Below, piece after piece: positions 42,547 to 53,275 of a stretch of DNA of 64,000 nt. How positions within the stretch are numbered: position 1 is the first letter of the stretch; each line of letters opens with the position of its first letter. The notes under the pieces were generated by a model, which was not told the origin of the DNA, did no database searches, and saw only the letters and a program-made list of their open reading frames with translations. Source of the stretch: Prasinococcaceae sp. CCMP 1430 (taxonomy: Eukaryota; Plantae; Prasinodermophyta); contig RQSC01000028.1 in the NCBI GenBank assembly GCA_013416795.1, forward strand, positions 586,043 through 650,042, read 5' to 3'. Both the position numbers and the translations under genes were made by a program.

Positions 42547-43810
42547 CTACGTCGAGTGCGTGTCGGCCGCCTCGCGCGCCTCCGCTTGCGCCTGCGCCTG
42601 CGCCGCCGCCTTGATTACCTCCGCCACGTCGCTGCCGCCCCCGCCGGCGCTCGCGGCGGGCTGGCGCTCGGTGGTGCTCGCGTTGCTCTCGTGGTTGGGA
42701 TCGCGCGGATCCAGGAAGAGCTGTCCGCGTAGCTTGTCGTGCAGCTGATCGAAGAGCTGCTTCTTCAGGCCGTCGAACGCCTTCTCCAGGCGGTCGAGCT
42801 CCTCGGTGGCGCTGCCGGCGCGCGTGCAGGCATGTGGGGAGGAGGGGATGAAAGGTAGCGCTGCGTGTCAGAGTGGCCACGCGTGCGCGGGCTGCGCGCG
42901 CGCCGCGCGCGAGAGAATCCGCCCGCCGCTGCTCGCACCTGGCGTTGTACATGAAGAGGCCGTAGTAGAGCTCGAAGGAGTCGTTGGCGGTGTTGTCGAC
43001 AAGGTCGAGCAGCGTCTGGTAGCCTTTGGTGTCAACGGGCGTACTCTCGAGGTCTAGCCGCCCGAGCATGCGGCCGACAGTGTGCGTGATGAACTGCGAG
43101 GACGCCGCGTGGCGGTCGTGCTCTTCGCACGTCATGGGCACCATCTCGCAGCCCTCCGCCTCGAAGCACCTGAGGAAGTTGGCCACGCGCTCCTCGCGCG
43201 CGGCGCCGGCGTTGACGCGCACCGGGTCGTACATGAACGTGAGTCCCTGCCAGCCGTTCTTGCCCGACTCGGGGCCGAACATGGGGTGCGTGCACAGGAT
43301 GTCGAAGTAGTCCGGCAGCGTGCTCAGCAGCAGGCGCTTGGGGAACTGTTTGACGCTGAGCACGTCCACGAAGAGCGTCGACCGGCGCAGGCGCTGCACC
43401 GGGAGGTGCGAGAGGACCGTCTCGGTGCTCAGAATGGAGGTGCACAGCACCACCACGTCGGGGTGCGACTCGGCGAAGTCGTCCGCATCGGTAAAGTACT
43501 CCACGCCGAGCTCGGCCGCGCGCGACGAGTAGTCTGTGCGCGACGTCGCGAGCACGCGGTGGCCCTGCCGCACGAACTTGGCGGCGAGGAACTGGCCGAA
43601 GTTGCCAAAGCCCACCAGGCCGATCGTCAGCCGCTGCGACTCGCGCACCTCCGCCGCCGCGCGCGCCTCCGAGTCGAAGCCAAACGCCGCGTCGAGCGCC
43701 ACCGCCGCGCGCCGCCGCGCGCGCACCCGTAGCCCCCCCCCTCGCCGCCCCCACACCCCCCTCACTGCACCGCACCGCGCCGCCAGCGCCCGCACGGCCG
43801 CGGCTGCCAC
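42547..43810 (-). CDS. Plant-type arogenate dehydrogenase (TyrA family), single domain; intron about 42938-42815; start unresolved
   Basis: IGLVGFGNFGQF, FVDVLSVK, LCTHPMFGPESGK, HDRHAASSQFITH, SFELYYGLFMYN, ELDRLEKAF. Confidence 0.93.
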
Positions 43811-44134
43811 GCGCGCACCATTTCAGGTTAATAATTAGGGTCCGAAAATATACATACAAACGCCCTGCATTTCTCAGGCGGCGGCGGAACGTTTAGGTTT
43901 CGGCGGCGCCCGCGCGTGGCGGGCGCGCGCCTGGCCGTGATTCAAACCATATGGATTCCATGGAATCCATACCCTATCTCGGCGTTTAAGGAATCCATAC
44001 TATATGTAAAACAATTGTATTGTGAATATGAATTCGCCAGAGGTTCGGCGGCGGCGGAAGCGTGCGACGACCATCACTCAAAAAAAAAAAGGAGGGGAAA
44101 TACAGTAAAAAAAAAAGTCGGGTCGATTCCCCGA

Positions 44135-45865
44135 ATGGCGAATGCGACCGTTGGCGCCGGCGCAGCGGCATCGGCGGCGTTCGAGCCGGTGCTGCCGGGC
44201 GGTGCAGGCCTGCGGGGGGAATGGATCGCGGCGCTGTGTGTGTGCTGGGGCCACAGCGGCCTCGGCAGCCGGCTGCCGCGGGCCGCGGGCGGGTGGAAGG
44301 GCGGCCGACGGAGCACGGCCGGGGCAAACGCGACGCGGTCGGGGAGGGGGCGGGGCATGGGGGGAGGCGGGGCGATGATGGCGTCCGCCCCGGGGCACGT
44401 GCACGTGCTCTCGCCGGTGCCCGCGGCGACGGTGCTGCGCGCGCTCGCGCTCGCGATGTGGATGGCGGCGGCGACGCTCGCCTGGTCGGGCGCGTGTGCG
44501 CGCGCGGCGGGCGATCTCCTCACTGCCGCCGCGGGGGCCACGTGGGAGAGCGCGCTCGCACCCGCCGAGCGTGCGCGCCTGAGGAAACATCGCGCGCTGC
44601 TGCGCAAACGCCGCGAGGGGCAGCGGTCGACAGGCACGCGGGCGGGCGATGCGGAGTGGCAGCGGCTCTCGCAGCAGCAGCGTCGACAGCTGCTGCTACT
44701 GCTGAAACTCCAACCTGAGCTGTTGGAGCAAGAGCAGCAAGAAGATGCACAGAGCGCAAACGCCAGCACTGGTACCTCTGCCGCGCAGCAGGGCGACGTT
44801 CCGGCGCCAAGCACCACAGCTACAGCAACAGCCGCGGCCGCGGCCGCGGCCGAGAGCACGCCCTCGAAGCCCGCGCGTCTAGCTCCGCGCGTGTCGTGCG
44901 TCGCTTCCCCAGGGCGCCTCTTCTCGCATGCGGGCGTGCCGCTCGCCGACCCACCCGTGGCTCCGTCACTGCCTTTCGAGGAATGGAGGCATCGCCCCGT
45001 GCTGATCCGCCCCGCCGGCGATGCCGCGGGCCTGCGCTGCAGCCTCATGGACGAAGCCACCGACGCAGAGGGCAACATGCTCACTCCCTCCGCCGATGGC
45101 GCGCTGCCGATGGGCGTGCCGTTTCGCTTCGAGTCGCCGCTCTTCGAAGGCGTGGCCATTGTGCGCGCCAGGGGCATCCCAGGCGGCGCGTACGACCGAG
45201 CGTACTTCAGCGGTCGGCGACGCGCGCTGCAGGTGTGCTACCAGGGCAGGTTTCGCCGGCCGCTGCCCGTGGGCGACATGCGAACTGGGCACGAGTTCGC
45301 GCGGCCGCTGCGACTGCCGCCACACTACCGACGAGTGGTGGCGCTCATCTGTAGGTTCGTGAGTGCCGTTGTGCCCGGTATTGTCATCGACACCACCGCG
45401 CAGAGGCCCTATGCGCGCAGCTCGTTCGCCGCGACGGTTCAGGCGATGCGAGTGGATTTGCCCGGCGAGGAGCCGGACGTGCGGGACCACAACATTGCTG
45501 AAGACTGCAGGCGCCTCGGCGGCATCTTTGCAAATCGCAAGGTGTCTGCGAGCAAGCGCAAGCGTCTGCTGGCGGCGCGCGGTGGCGGTGGCTACATCTT
45601 TGACACCAAGCACGTGTACACCTTCGACACGTACGACCACGTGCTGAAGCTCGACGACTTGAGCCTTCGGTTTCCCGCTGTTGCCATCCATATGGCCGAC
45701 GGCCTTGACGGCCAACCGCTGCACTTCATGGCGCGTGACCAGCGAACGGGCGAGTATGTGTGGTCCTTCGAGTGCTGGCACGAAGCGACGCTTGCGGTCG
45801 CCGAGGCTCGCAGGGCAGAGGAGCGCGAGGCCACAGCGTGCGCCGCAGGAGCGCTCGGCGCGTGA
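44135..45865 (+). CDS. DUF1769-domain protein (start uncertain)
   Basis: FRFESPLFEG, YFSGRRRALQVCYQGRF, GHEFARPLRLP, FDTKHVYTF, GQPLHFMA. Confidence 0.75.
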   Translation: MANATVGAGAAASAAFEPVLPGGAGLRGEWIAALCVCWGHSGLGSRLPRAAGGWKGGRRSTAGANATRSGRGRGMGGGGAMMASAPGHVHVLSPVPAATVLRALALAMWMAAATLAWSGACARAAGDLLTAAAGATWESALAPAERARLRKHRALLRKRREGQRSTGTRAGDAEWQRLSQQQRRQLLLLLKLQPELLEQEQQEDAQSANASTGTSAAQQGDVPAPSTTATATAAAAAAAESTPSKPARLAPRVSCVASPGRLFSHAGVPLADPPVAPSLPFEEWRHRPVLIRPAGDAAGLRCSLMDEATDAEGNMLTPSADGALPMGVPFRFESPLFEGVAIVRARGIPGGAYDRAYFSGRRRALQVCYQGRFRRPLPVGDMRTGHEFARPLRLPPHYRRVVALICRFVSAVVPGIVIDTTAQRPYARSSFAATVQAMRVDLPGEEPDVRDHNIAEDCRRLGGIFANRKVSASKRKRLLAARGGGGYIFDTKHVYTFDTYDHVLKLDDLSLRFPAVAIHMADGLDGQPLHFMARDQRTGEYVWSFECWHEATLAVAEARRAEEREATACAAGALGA

Positions 45866-46049
45866 GCGTGGCGCCGTCGCCTCGGAAAGCCCTGCCGCCC
45901 GGCCATGCGAGTTGACGCTGAGTCACGTACGTGCACATTGGCGGAGCGCATCTCGCGTCTCCGTATGTGCCGTATGGTCATTTCTCTGCTCCCAAGCACG
46001 TAAGGACGAGCTCACCGCTGCGGCGGAGGCCACAGCGGCTGCTCGGGCG

Positions 46050-47019
46050 AAGTAGGCTGCCTGCGTGGTGTACAAACTCTTTGTTACAGCGTTTGTCATC
46101 CGCACGCACACACACCGCCGCTGCCGCCGCCGCCGCAGCAGCATCCGATGCTGCGCCTTGAGACGGCGAGCAAAAATAGGCGGATGAGACTAGCGCTTCC
46201 GCGCTGCGGAAGCCTCGCTGTCGAACGCGAGCAGGTCGCCCGCACGCTCGCCGATGAAGAGCGCTCGTAGCCGCGCGCGTTCCTCCATGAGGCGCACGAG
46301 CTCGTCGGCTTGCCTGGACGGCCGCGGGGAGGCGAGGGGGCACACGCGCGCGTCAGCAACAGGTAGATGCGCTTAGCTCGGTGCGTAATTGAAAGAGACA
46401 TAGGCAAGCGCGCCATGAGTCTGCGCGCGACGCACCCGTCCGCCTGCGCCACCATGGCGTCCACTTTCTTATCGGCGGCGGAGGACGCACGTGCGGCCTC
46501 CTCGCGCGCCTCGCGCGCGGCCGCCTCAGCGGTCTCCTTGGCGGCGAGCATACTGTCGATACTGTCTCTGCACGCCGTGAGCCGCCGTTTGGCTCGGTCG
46601 AGTTCTGCCTCGAGCGCGGGCACGCGCGCGAGGTCCGCGGCACGCTCCTCCTCGCGCTCGCTCACTGCGCAGGCCGCGTCATCGGCAGCACGTTTCGCGG
46701 CGGCCTCCGCCACGGCCGCTCGCCCGCTCAAACTCACAACCATGCCGATCGCCACTCCCAACGAGAGCGTAGCCCATATCAACCCGAAGCGAGCAAGCGG
46801 CGCATCGCCGCTGGTGGCGCACGCAGCTGCGCTCACAGCAATGCCAGCGACGCCGCGTGCGGCTACGCGGCCGCCGCGGGCGCTCGCCGCAGCCGCGAGC
46901 GTCGACGGTGACACCCACGCGAAGCGCAGCGCAACAATGCACGCCGACTGCGCCGCAATGATCGCGATAAGGACCGCGTCGGCCGCAGCAGACACGGATG
47001 CTGCAGCTGCGGAGGACAT
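46050..47019 (-). CDS. Hypothetical 2-TM coiled-coil protein; 3' end uncertain
   Basis: Two hydrophobic segments then heptads (ALEAELDRAKRRL); intron-like block about 46440-46315. Confidence 0.45.
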
Positions 47020-47454
47020 GGTGCGCCCGCGCAACCACGTGCCCGCACTCGCGTGCGCAGGCACGAGTCGCCTGGTGTGCCTCTGCGCGTTCTGCTCCGG
47101 CGGCCGCCGCGGACCGCGCGCCGCGAGGGCCCGCCCGACGCGAGGTCGCGGGCGCCCGGCTGGAGCCACCGCGGCGGGATGTAGCAAGAGGGAAGAGCTG
47201 GCGGCCGAGACGGTTGCACGCACGCCCTGGGCCTCGGACGCGCGCGCAATGCCGCTAGCGAGCGCACTGCGCGGCACAAACTCACCGCGCGGCGGCGCGC
47301 TGGCAAGCGAGCTTGAACAGGCAGCGGTGACTCTACATGCGATCGTAGCTGGGCTTGCGGGCTCCTTGCTGCATTACACTCGACGCGGTGCTTGCGCACG
47401 GCGCGCGGGGGCGCGAGCGCCGGGGTGGGATGGCCGCGCGAGGTCGCTGCGGCC

Positions 47455-50160
47455 TCACCCACTGCGCACGAAGCGGTGCAGCGCCGCCTCCGGCACGACC
47501 ATCTCGTGGCGCGCAGCTCCATGCGCGCCGGCCGCTCCCGTGTCCGAGGCCCTCCCTGAGGACGACCGGCCACGGCCGCGTCGGCCGTCTCGCTCGCCGC
47601 CGGCATTGCCGCGGCGTGCGGAGAACGGAAGGTTGAGCGCGTGAAGCAGCCGCGCGAGCTCGCCGCGGACAGTCCCTTGCGCCTCGCCCGCGCCAGCCCC
47701 CGCGTCGGCATGGGCGGCGGCGGCGGCGGCAGAGGCGCGCGCGTCACCGCCCTTGGGCCCGACGCCCTCGACATCCTCCGCCTCGAACGAGATGACCAGG
47801 CCGCCGCGCGGGCACGCGCCCGCCCAGAGCCTGCGCATGCCACGCAGCATACACAGCACAGCCACGCGGGCCTCCGAGGCGGTGAGGCCGCTCACGTCCA
47901 CCGCCAGCGCGAGCGGCGGCGACGCTGCGCCATCGTCACCGTCGGCGCTACCGTCACCGCCATTGCTCCTACCGCTGTCGCTTGCGGCGTCGGCCTCGAG
48001 GGTGACACCCGCGAATCCAGCAACGCTGACGACGCTGTCAGCGCCGCCGGGCACTCCGCCGCCGTCGCTCGGCGCGCGAGAATCGGAGCGATCCCGGTGG
48101 CCGTCGCCGCCCGCACCGTCTCCCTCGCCCCTCGCCCGGTCCTGCCCCTCCTCGGCCGCAGTGGCACACACGAGGTCCGCCCACGTGGCCGTGAGCCTGT
48201 CGAAAACCCACGCCAGCTGTTGCTCGTCGCTGCCCGCGGGGATGACGCCGCGGCGGCGGCGGCCGACCGCGTTGCCGCTGGGAGGCACCGCTCCGCCACC
48301 CTCGCCTCCTCCCTGGCCACCAAGTGCGCTCTGGTCGCCCAGGCCGCCCCTGAAGGTGCCGCCGCCGCTCAAGCTGCTGCTACCGAGGCTGGTTGTGCTG
48401 GCGCTCGCGTGGCTGCGCGATCCAGCAGCGCTCGCACCCGCGCGGCTGCGCGCCTTGCGGTAGGCCTCAAAAACGCGCGGCATGATGGAGGCGTCGCCCG
48501 CGCGCTGCGCGGCGCTCACCAGCGTGTGCACTGTCACCACGTTGGGCGTGAGGCCCGCTCGCAGCATGGCGTCGTATGCCGCCAGCACGTCGCTCGGATC
48601 GCCGCCGGAGCCAGCGCCGGGGCCGCCCATGGCCTCGGTGGCGCACTTGATGAGAGCGGTGTAGCACTCCACGTCCGGCCTCACGCCGTCCTCCCTGAGG
48701 CCGGCCATAGCGGCGTGCGCGGCGCTCAAGTCACCGGCGGATGCCGCCACCGCGAGCATTGACTTGCGCGTCACGGCGTCGGGCCGCAGGCCCTCCACCT
48801 CCTGCATCTCCGCGAGGAGCGCCTCGGCCTGCGCGACGTCCTGCGTGGCCACGCACGCGTGTATGAGCGTGTTGTACGTCGACGTGTCGGGGCGCGCGCA
48901 CTGACGCGATGCGATGTCGCACGCGCGCATCTCAGCGAGCAGATTCTCGGCGGCATCGGCGTCGCCCGCCCGCGCACACGCCGCGAGCAGCGCGTTGTAT
49001 ACGGCGGTGTCGGGCACGGCGCCCCGCGCGCGCATCATGGGTAGCACGGACAGCGCGCGCTCGAGCTGCCCCGCGCCGCCGAGGGCAGCGGCGAGGCTCG
49101 CCCACGTGCGCTCGTTGGGCTCGATGCCGAAGCGCCCCATCTGGTCGAGCGCGGCAAGCGCGCGGTCCGGCTGCCGCGCCGCGCCACAAGCGGCGATGAG
49201 CGTGGTGAAGGTCACCACGTCCGGCCTGCACGACACGGCGCTGCCCTCGCCGCCCCCCGCGCGCTCCATCTGCTGCTCGGCGAGCAGCATCTGCATGTCC
49301 TCCATGGCATTGTAGGCCACATCTGCTCTCGCCGCCCGCCAGGCCGCCTTGAGCAGCAGGTTGAAGGTGAGCGTGTCGGGCGTGACGCCGCTGTCGCGCA
49401 TGTCTTGGTACGCGCGCCACGCCACGTCCACGCGCGTGTGCGTCGCATCGAGCAGGTAGTTGTAGGTGGAGGCTGTGGGCGCGCTCTTCACGCGTTCGTC
49501 GGCGCTGAGCTCGTCCCACAGCTCGCACGCGCGCGCGACGTCGCCGCACGCCCCTGCCGCGCGAATGAGGCACTGGTAGGTGTTGAGGTCGGGGCGCTGC
49601 GACGCCGCGCGCGCGCGCCGCATCCACGCGTACACCGCCTCGGCCTCGGCGAGCGCGCCTGCGGCACCGAAGCGTGATATGAGCGAGTTGGCGTAGTACG
49701 TGTCCTGCCGCGGGTTGTCGCGGCAGCGCATCTCGACGTATGCGCAGCCCGCCAGGGGCGCGCGCGCGCGCACGCACGCATCGAGCGCCGCGTCGGCGTC
49801 CACCAAGAATCCCACGCGCGAGCCGCACTCCTGCGCGGCACGCAGGCACGACATGCACGCCGAGGCGCGCCCGGCCTCGAGTGCCGCTCGCGCGAGCAGC
49901 CGCCGCTCGCGCGCGCTCAGCGCAGCAACCGCCGCCAGCGGCGGCCAGCGCGCGCGCGCGCTGTGCCCCGATGCCTTCCTCGGGGGCATCTCGAGCCCGA
50001 GATGCGACACCATCGACGCAAAGGCCTCCTCTGCCGACGCGTCGCCGCTCGCCGCGCCGCCGCGCCGCCCCCCGCGGCCGCGCTGCTGCTGCTGCTGCTG
50101 CCGGCGGCCGCGCTGGCGCTTTTTGTGCCGCGACTGCGCCGGCGGCGACAACGAAGACGG
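47455..50160 (-). CDS. P-class pentatricopeptide repeat protein with a C-terminal SMR-like domain (5' end in gap)
   Basis: Repeated 35-aa units (PDLNTYQCLI, PDTLTFNLLL, PDVVTFTTLI, PDTAVYNALL, PDTSTYNTLI); VDVSGLTASEARVAVL. Confidence 0.9.
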   Translation of the reverse strand, partial: PSSLSPPAQSRHKKRQRGRRQQQQQQRGRGGRRGGAASGDASAEEAFASMVSHLGLEMPPRKASGHSARARWPPLAAVAALSARERRLLARAALEAGRASACMSCLRAAQECGSRVGFLVDADAALDACVRARAPLAGCAYVEMRCRDNPRQDTYYANSLISRFGAAGALAEAEAVYAWMRRARAASQRPDLNTYQCLIRAAGACGDVARACELWDELSADERVKSAPTASTYNYLLDATHTRVDVAWRAYQDMRDSGVTPDTLTFNLLLKAAWRAARADVAYNAMEDMQMLLAEQQMERAGGGEGSAVSCRPDVVTFTTLIAACGAARQPDRALAALDQMGRFGIEPNERTWASLAAALGGAGQLERALSVLPMMRARGAVPDTAVYNALLAACARAGDADAAENLLAEMRACDIASRQCARPDTSTYNTLIHACVATQDVAQAEALLAEMQEVEGLRPDAVTRKSMLAVAASAGDLSAAHAAMAGLREDGVRPDVECYTALIKCATEAMGGPGAGSGGDPSDVLAAYDAMLRAGLTPNVVTVHTLVSAAQRAGDASIMPRVFEAYRKARSRAGASAAGSRSHASASTTSLGSSSLSGGGTFRGGLGDQSALGGQGGGEGGGAVPPSGNAVGRRRRGVIPAGSDEQQLAWVFDRLTATWADLVCATAAEEGQDRARGEGDGAGGDGHRDRSDSRAPSDGGGVPGGADSVVSVAGFAGVTLEADAASDSGRSNGGDGSADGDDGAASPPLALAVDVSGLTASEARVAVLCMLRGMRRLWAGACPRGGLVISFEAEDVEGVGPKGGDARASAAAAAAHADAGAGAGEAQGTVRGELARLLHALNLPFSARRGNAGGERDGRRGRGRSSSGRASDTGAAGAHGAARHEMVVPEAALHRFVRSG

Positions 50161-50646
50161 NNNNNNNNNNNNNNNNNNNNNNNNNNNNNNNNNNNNNNNN
50201 NNNNNNNNNNNNNNNNNNNNNNNNNNNNNNNNNNNNNNNNNNNNNNNNNNNNNNNNNNNNNNNNNNNNNNNNNNNNNNNNNNNNNNNNNNNNNNNNNNNN
50301 NNNNNNNNNNNNNNNNNNNNNNNNNNNNNNNNNNNNNNNNNNNNNNNNNNNNNNNNNNNNNNNNNNNNNNNNNNNNNNNNNNNNNNNNNNNNNNNNNNNN
50401 NNNNNNNNNNNNNNNNNNNNNNNNNNNNNNNNNNNNNNNNNNNNNNNNNNNNNNNNNNNNNNNNNNNNNNNNNNNNNNNNNNNNNNNNNNNNNNNNNNNN
50501 NNNNNNNNNNNNNNNNNNNNNNNNNNNNNNNNNNNNNNNNNNNNNNNNNNNNNNNNNNNNNNNNNNNNNNNNNNNNNNNNNNNNNNNNNNNNNNNNNNNN
50601 NNNNNNNNNNNNNNNNNNNNNNNNNNNNNNNNNNNNNNNNNNNNNN
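50161..50646. other. Assembly gap (N run), flanked by low-quality homopolymer-rich sequence to about 50850
   Basis: Ns; runs of A, C and G. Confidence 1.
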
Positions 50647-51088
50647 CCCGGCCGGGGCGACGCCGCCCGCGGGGGTGGGGGGCCGGCGGAGCGCGGGGTT
50701 TTCAGGCCCCCATCAAATCAAAGCCGTTCCAAAAAAGCCCCCTCCGGGGAAAAAAAAAAAAAAAGTGGGTTTTCGTGGCCCATCAAAGAAAGGCGTTCAA
50801 AAAAGCCCCCTCCGAAGAAAAATAAAAATAAAAATAAAAATGGGTGTGCAAGCACGGTCAGAGCGCCTTGCGTGGGAAGCCCTCGAGATCGCCCGTGGGT
50901 ACATTTGTGCTTGAAATGTATGATGTGACGCACGGAGGAAAAGATGAAAAAGGCAAGGGCCGAAAGGGCTCGGGCGCGCGCGTGGCGCACACACGCGCCC
51001 GCAGGCGCGCGCGCGTGCGCCAGAGGGGGAAGGTGGGGCGGGGCAGGCGATTGGCGCGCCGCGCGCGGGTCGGCGCGGCCGCCCGGAC

Positions 51089-51400
51089 CTCGGAGTACTT
51101 GTTGGTGAGGCACGAGCCGACCGCCTCCATGACGGCGCGGCTGGTGAAGTTCTCCGACGCGATGAGCTCGAGGCCCTTGCGCTGGCGCTGCGCCTCGAGG
51201 CTGACGATGGCGGCGATCTCCGGATCCGCCTCCGTGAGCGGCAGATCGGGCTCCCAGAGCGACTTGCCCGCGGCCGTGGCGCTGCCGTCGCCGGCGACGG
51301 CGGCGCGCGCGGGCGCTGCCGTGCCCGCGCCCGCCCCCCGGCCTGCGCAGCGCACGGAGCACACGAGCGCAGCCGCCGCGCCGGCGGCTGGTCACGCAGC
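51089..51400 (-). CDS. SHMT: Serine hydroxymethyltransferase, first coding exon (probably the plastid isoform); remainder lost in gap
   Basis: [50 protein letters not shown] followed by a GT donor at 51088. Confidence 0.9.
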
Positions 51401-51745
51401 GTCGAAGACCGGGTTTGTCCGCCGACTTACACGGGGTCTTCTGTATTTGTATCGGTGACGTCAGACGCCATTCCGGGGACATTTTGCGGATGGCCGCCGC
51501 TTCCCTCCGTCCACCCGTCACTCGAGCCTTAAACCCTCTTTAGAAATTCCCTTTATTCCGCCTGCACGCGCTCGAAACCCAAACGGGGCCGAGGCATCGC
51601 CTCTCCGGCTCGTGGCGCGGCGCCACGCCGCAGTTTGTGGGCGCCGGCCGCCCGCAAACTGCGGCCGAACGCGCCCCAACCCCGATCGAAACCCAGGCCA
51701 CGCGGAAACGCAAAAAGCCAAAAAACGAAGGCGCCATCGCGGAAA

Positions 51746-53140
51746 ATGCGGATGAAAGCTCCAATCACCACCACCATCCATCATCAACGTCCCAGAAACT
51801 CTGCCACTCGGCGCGCGCGCGGCGGCGCTGCGCACCGCACCGCATCGCATCGCATCGCATCGCATCGCATCGCATCGGCGGCGGCGGCCGCCACCGAGGC
51901 CGTGGCGGAGGAGGCGGAGGAAGAGGACTATGAGGACAACCGCGTCCCCGTGACGGTCGTGACGGGCTTCCTGGGGTCGGGCAAGACGACGCTCATCAAC
52001 CGCATCCTGACGTCACCCGACCACGGCAAGCGCATCGCCATCGTGGAGAACGAGTTTGGCGCGATCGGCATCGACAACGACCTGCTTGCGGCGCGCGGCC
52101 GCGAGTCAGAGAAGGGCGACAACATAGTGGTGATGCTCAACGGCTGCGTGTGCTGCACGGTGCGCGACGACCTCATCACGACGCTCACCGAGATGGTGAC
52201 GCAGCGCCGCGAGCTCTTCGACCACATCATCATCGAGACCACGGGCCTGGCCAACCCGGCGCCCGTGGTTCAGACGTTCTACCTGGATCCCACGCTCAAC
52301 GAGGAGCTCGTGCTGGACGGCGTGGTCACGCTCGTGGACGCCAAGCACGCCGAGATGCACCTCGACGAGGAGAAGCCCGCGGGCATCGTCAACGAATCGG
52401 TGGAGCAGGTGGCCTTCGCCGACAGGCTGGTGCTCAACAAGTGTGACCTCGTCGACAAGGCTGACCTTGAGCGCCTCGAGGAGCGCGTGCGCTCCATCAA
52501 CGCGCTGGCCACCATCAAGCGCTCCGTCAACTCGGAGGTGCCCATGGACTACCTGTTGGGCATCGGCGGGTTCGACATCGACACGGTGGAGGACTCCGTG
52601 AAGGAGTCGTTCGTGCCGAGCGGCGAGGCGGACTCGTCGGCCGGCGAGGAACAGGCCTCCGAGAAGGGGTGCGGCGACCCCGCGTGCGAGGACCCGGCGT
52701 GTGACGATCACTCGCACGCGCACGCGCACGAGCACGGCCATGCACACGCGAGCGCCGATGCCGAGGAGAGCGAGTGCTCGTCCGGCTGCACGGACCCCAC
52801 GCACGACCACTCGCACTCGCACGACCACAAGCACGACGACGCGGTGACCAGCGTGTCGCTGAGCCTCAAGGGTGACCTCGACCTGGATGCCATCAACGCC
52901 TGGCTGGAGAGGATGCTCACCGAGCGCAACGAGGACATCTTCCGCATGAAGGGCATCCTCTCCATACAGGACGTCGACGAGAAGTTCGTCTTCCAGGGCG
53001 TGCACCAGCTCTTCGAGGGTCTTCCCGCCGAAGAGTGGGGCGAGGGTGAGGAGCGTGTGAGCCGCCTGGTCTTCATCGGCAAGGAACTCGACGAGGCGGA
53101 GCTCACGGCGGAGTTCGAGTCGTGTATGGCGAAGCCCTAG
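51746..53140 (+). CDS. COG0523 / CobW-family (ZNG1-like) metal-chaperone GTPase
   Basis: VPVTVVTGFLGSGKTT, ENEFG, GCVCCTVRDDL, ETTGLANP, NKCD, His/Cys-rich insert, FRMKGIL...FQGVH (CobW_C). Confidence 0.95.
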   Translation: MRMKAPITTTIHHQRPRNSATRRARGGAAHRTASHRIASHRIASAAAAATEAVAEEAEEEDYEDNRVPVTVVTGFLGSGKTTLINRILTSPDHGKRIAIVENEFGAIGIDNDLLAARGRESEKGDNIVVMLNGCVCCTVRDDLITTLTEMVTQRRELFDHIIIETTGLANPAPVVQTFYLDPTLNEELVLDGVVTLVDAKHAEMHLDEEKPAGIVNESVEQVAFADRLVLNKCDLVDKADLERLEERVRSINALATIKRSVNSEVPMDYLLGIGGFDIDTVEDSVKESFVPSGEADSSAGEEQASEKGCGDPACEDPACDDHSHAHAHEHGHAHASADAEESECSSGCTDPTHDHSHSHDHKHDDAVTSVSLSLKGDLDLDAINAWLERMLTERNEDIFRMKGILSIQDVDEKFVFQGVHQLFEGLPAEEWGEGEERVSRLVFIGKELDEAELTAEFESCMAKP

Positions 53141-53275
53141 GCTAGAGCAGTGGCGGCGAGAGCGCGCCAAGTGTAGGATAGCAGCGTCATCGCACGCGTC
53201 GCGCACCCGCAAGTGCTCATGTTTGTCTCCCGGCAACGAGTGAACACGCGCCGCCGTTACGACCACCAAGGATGT

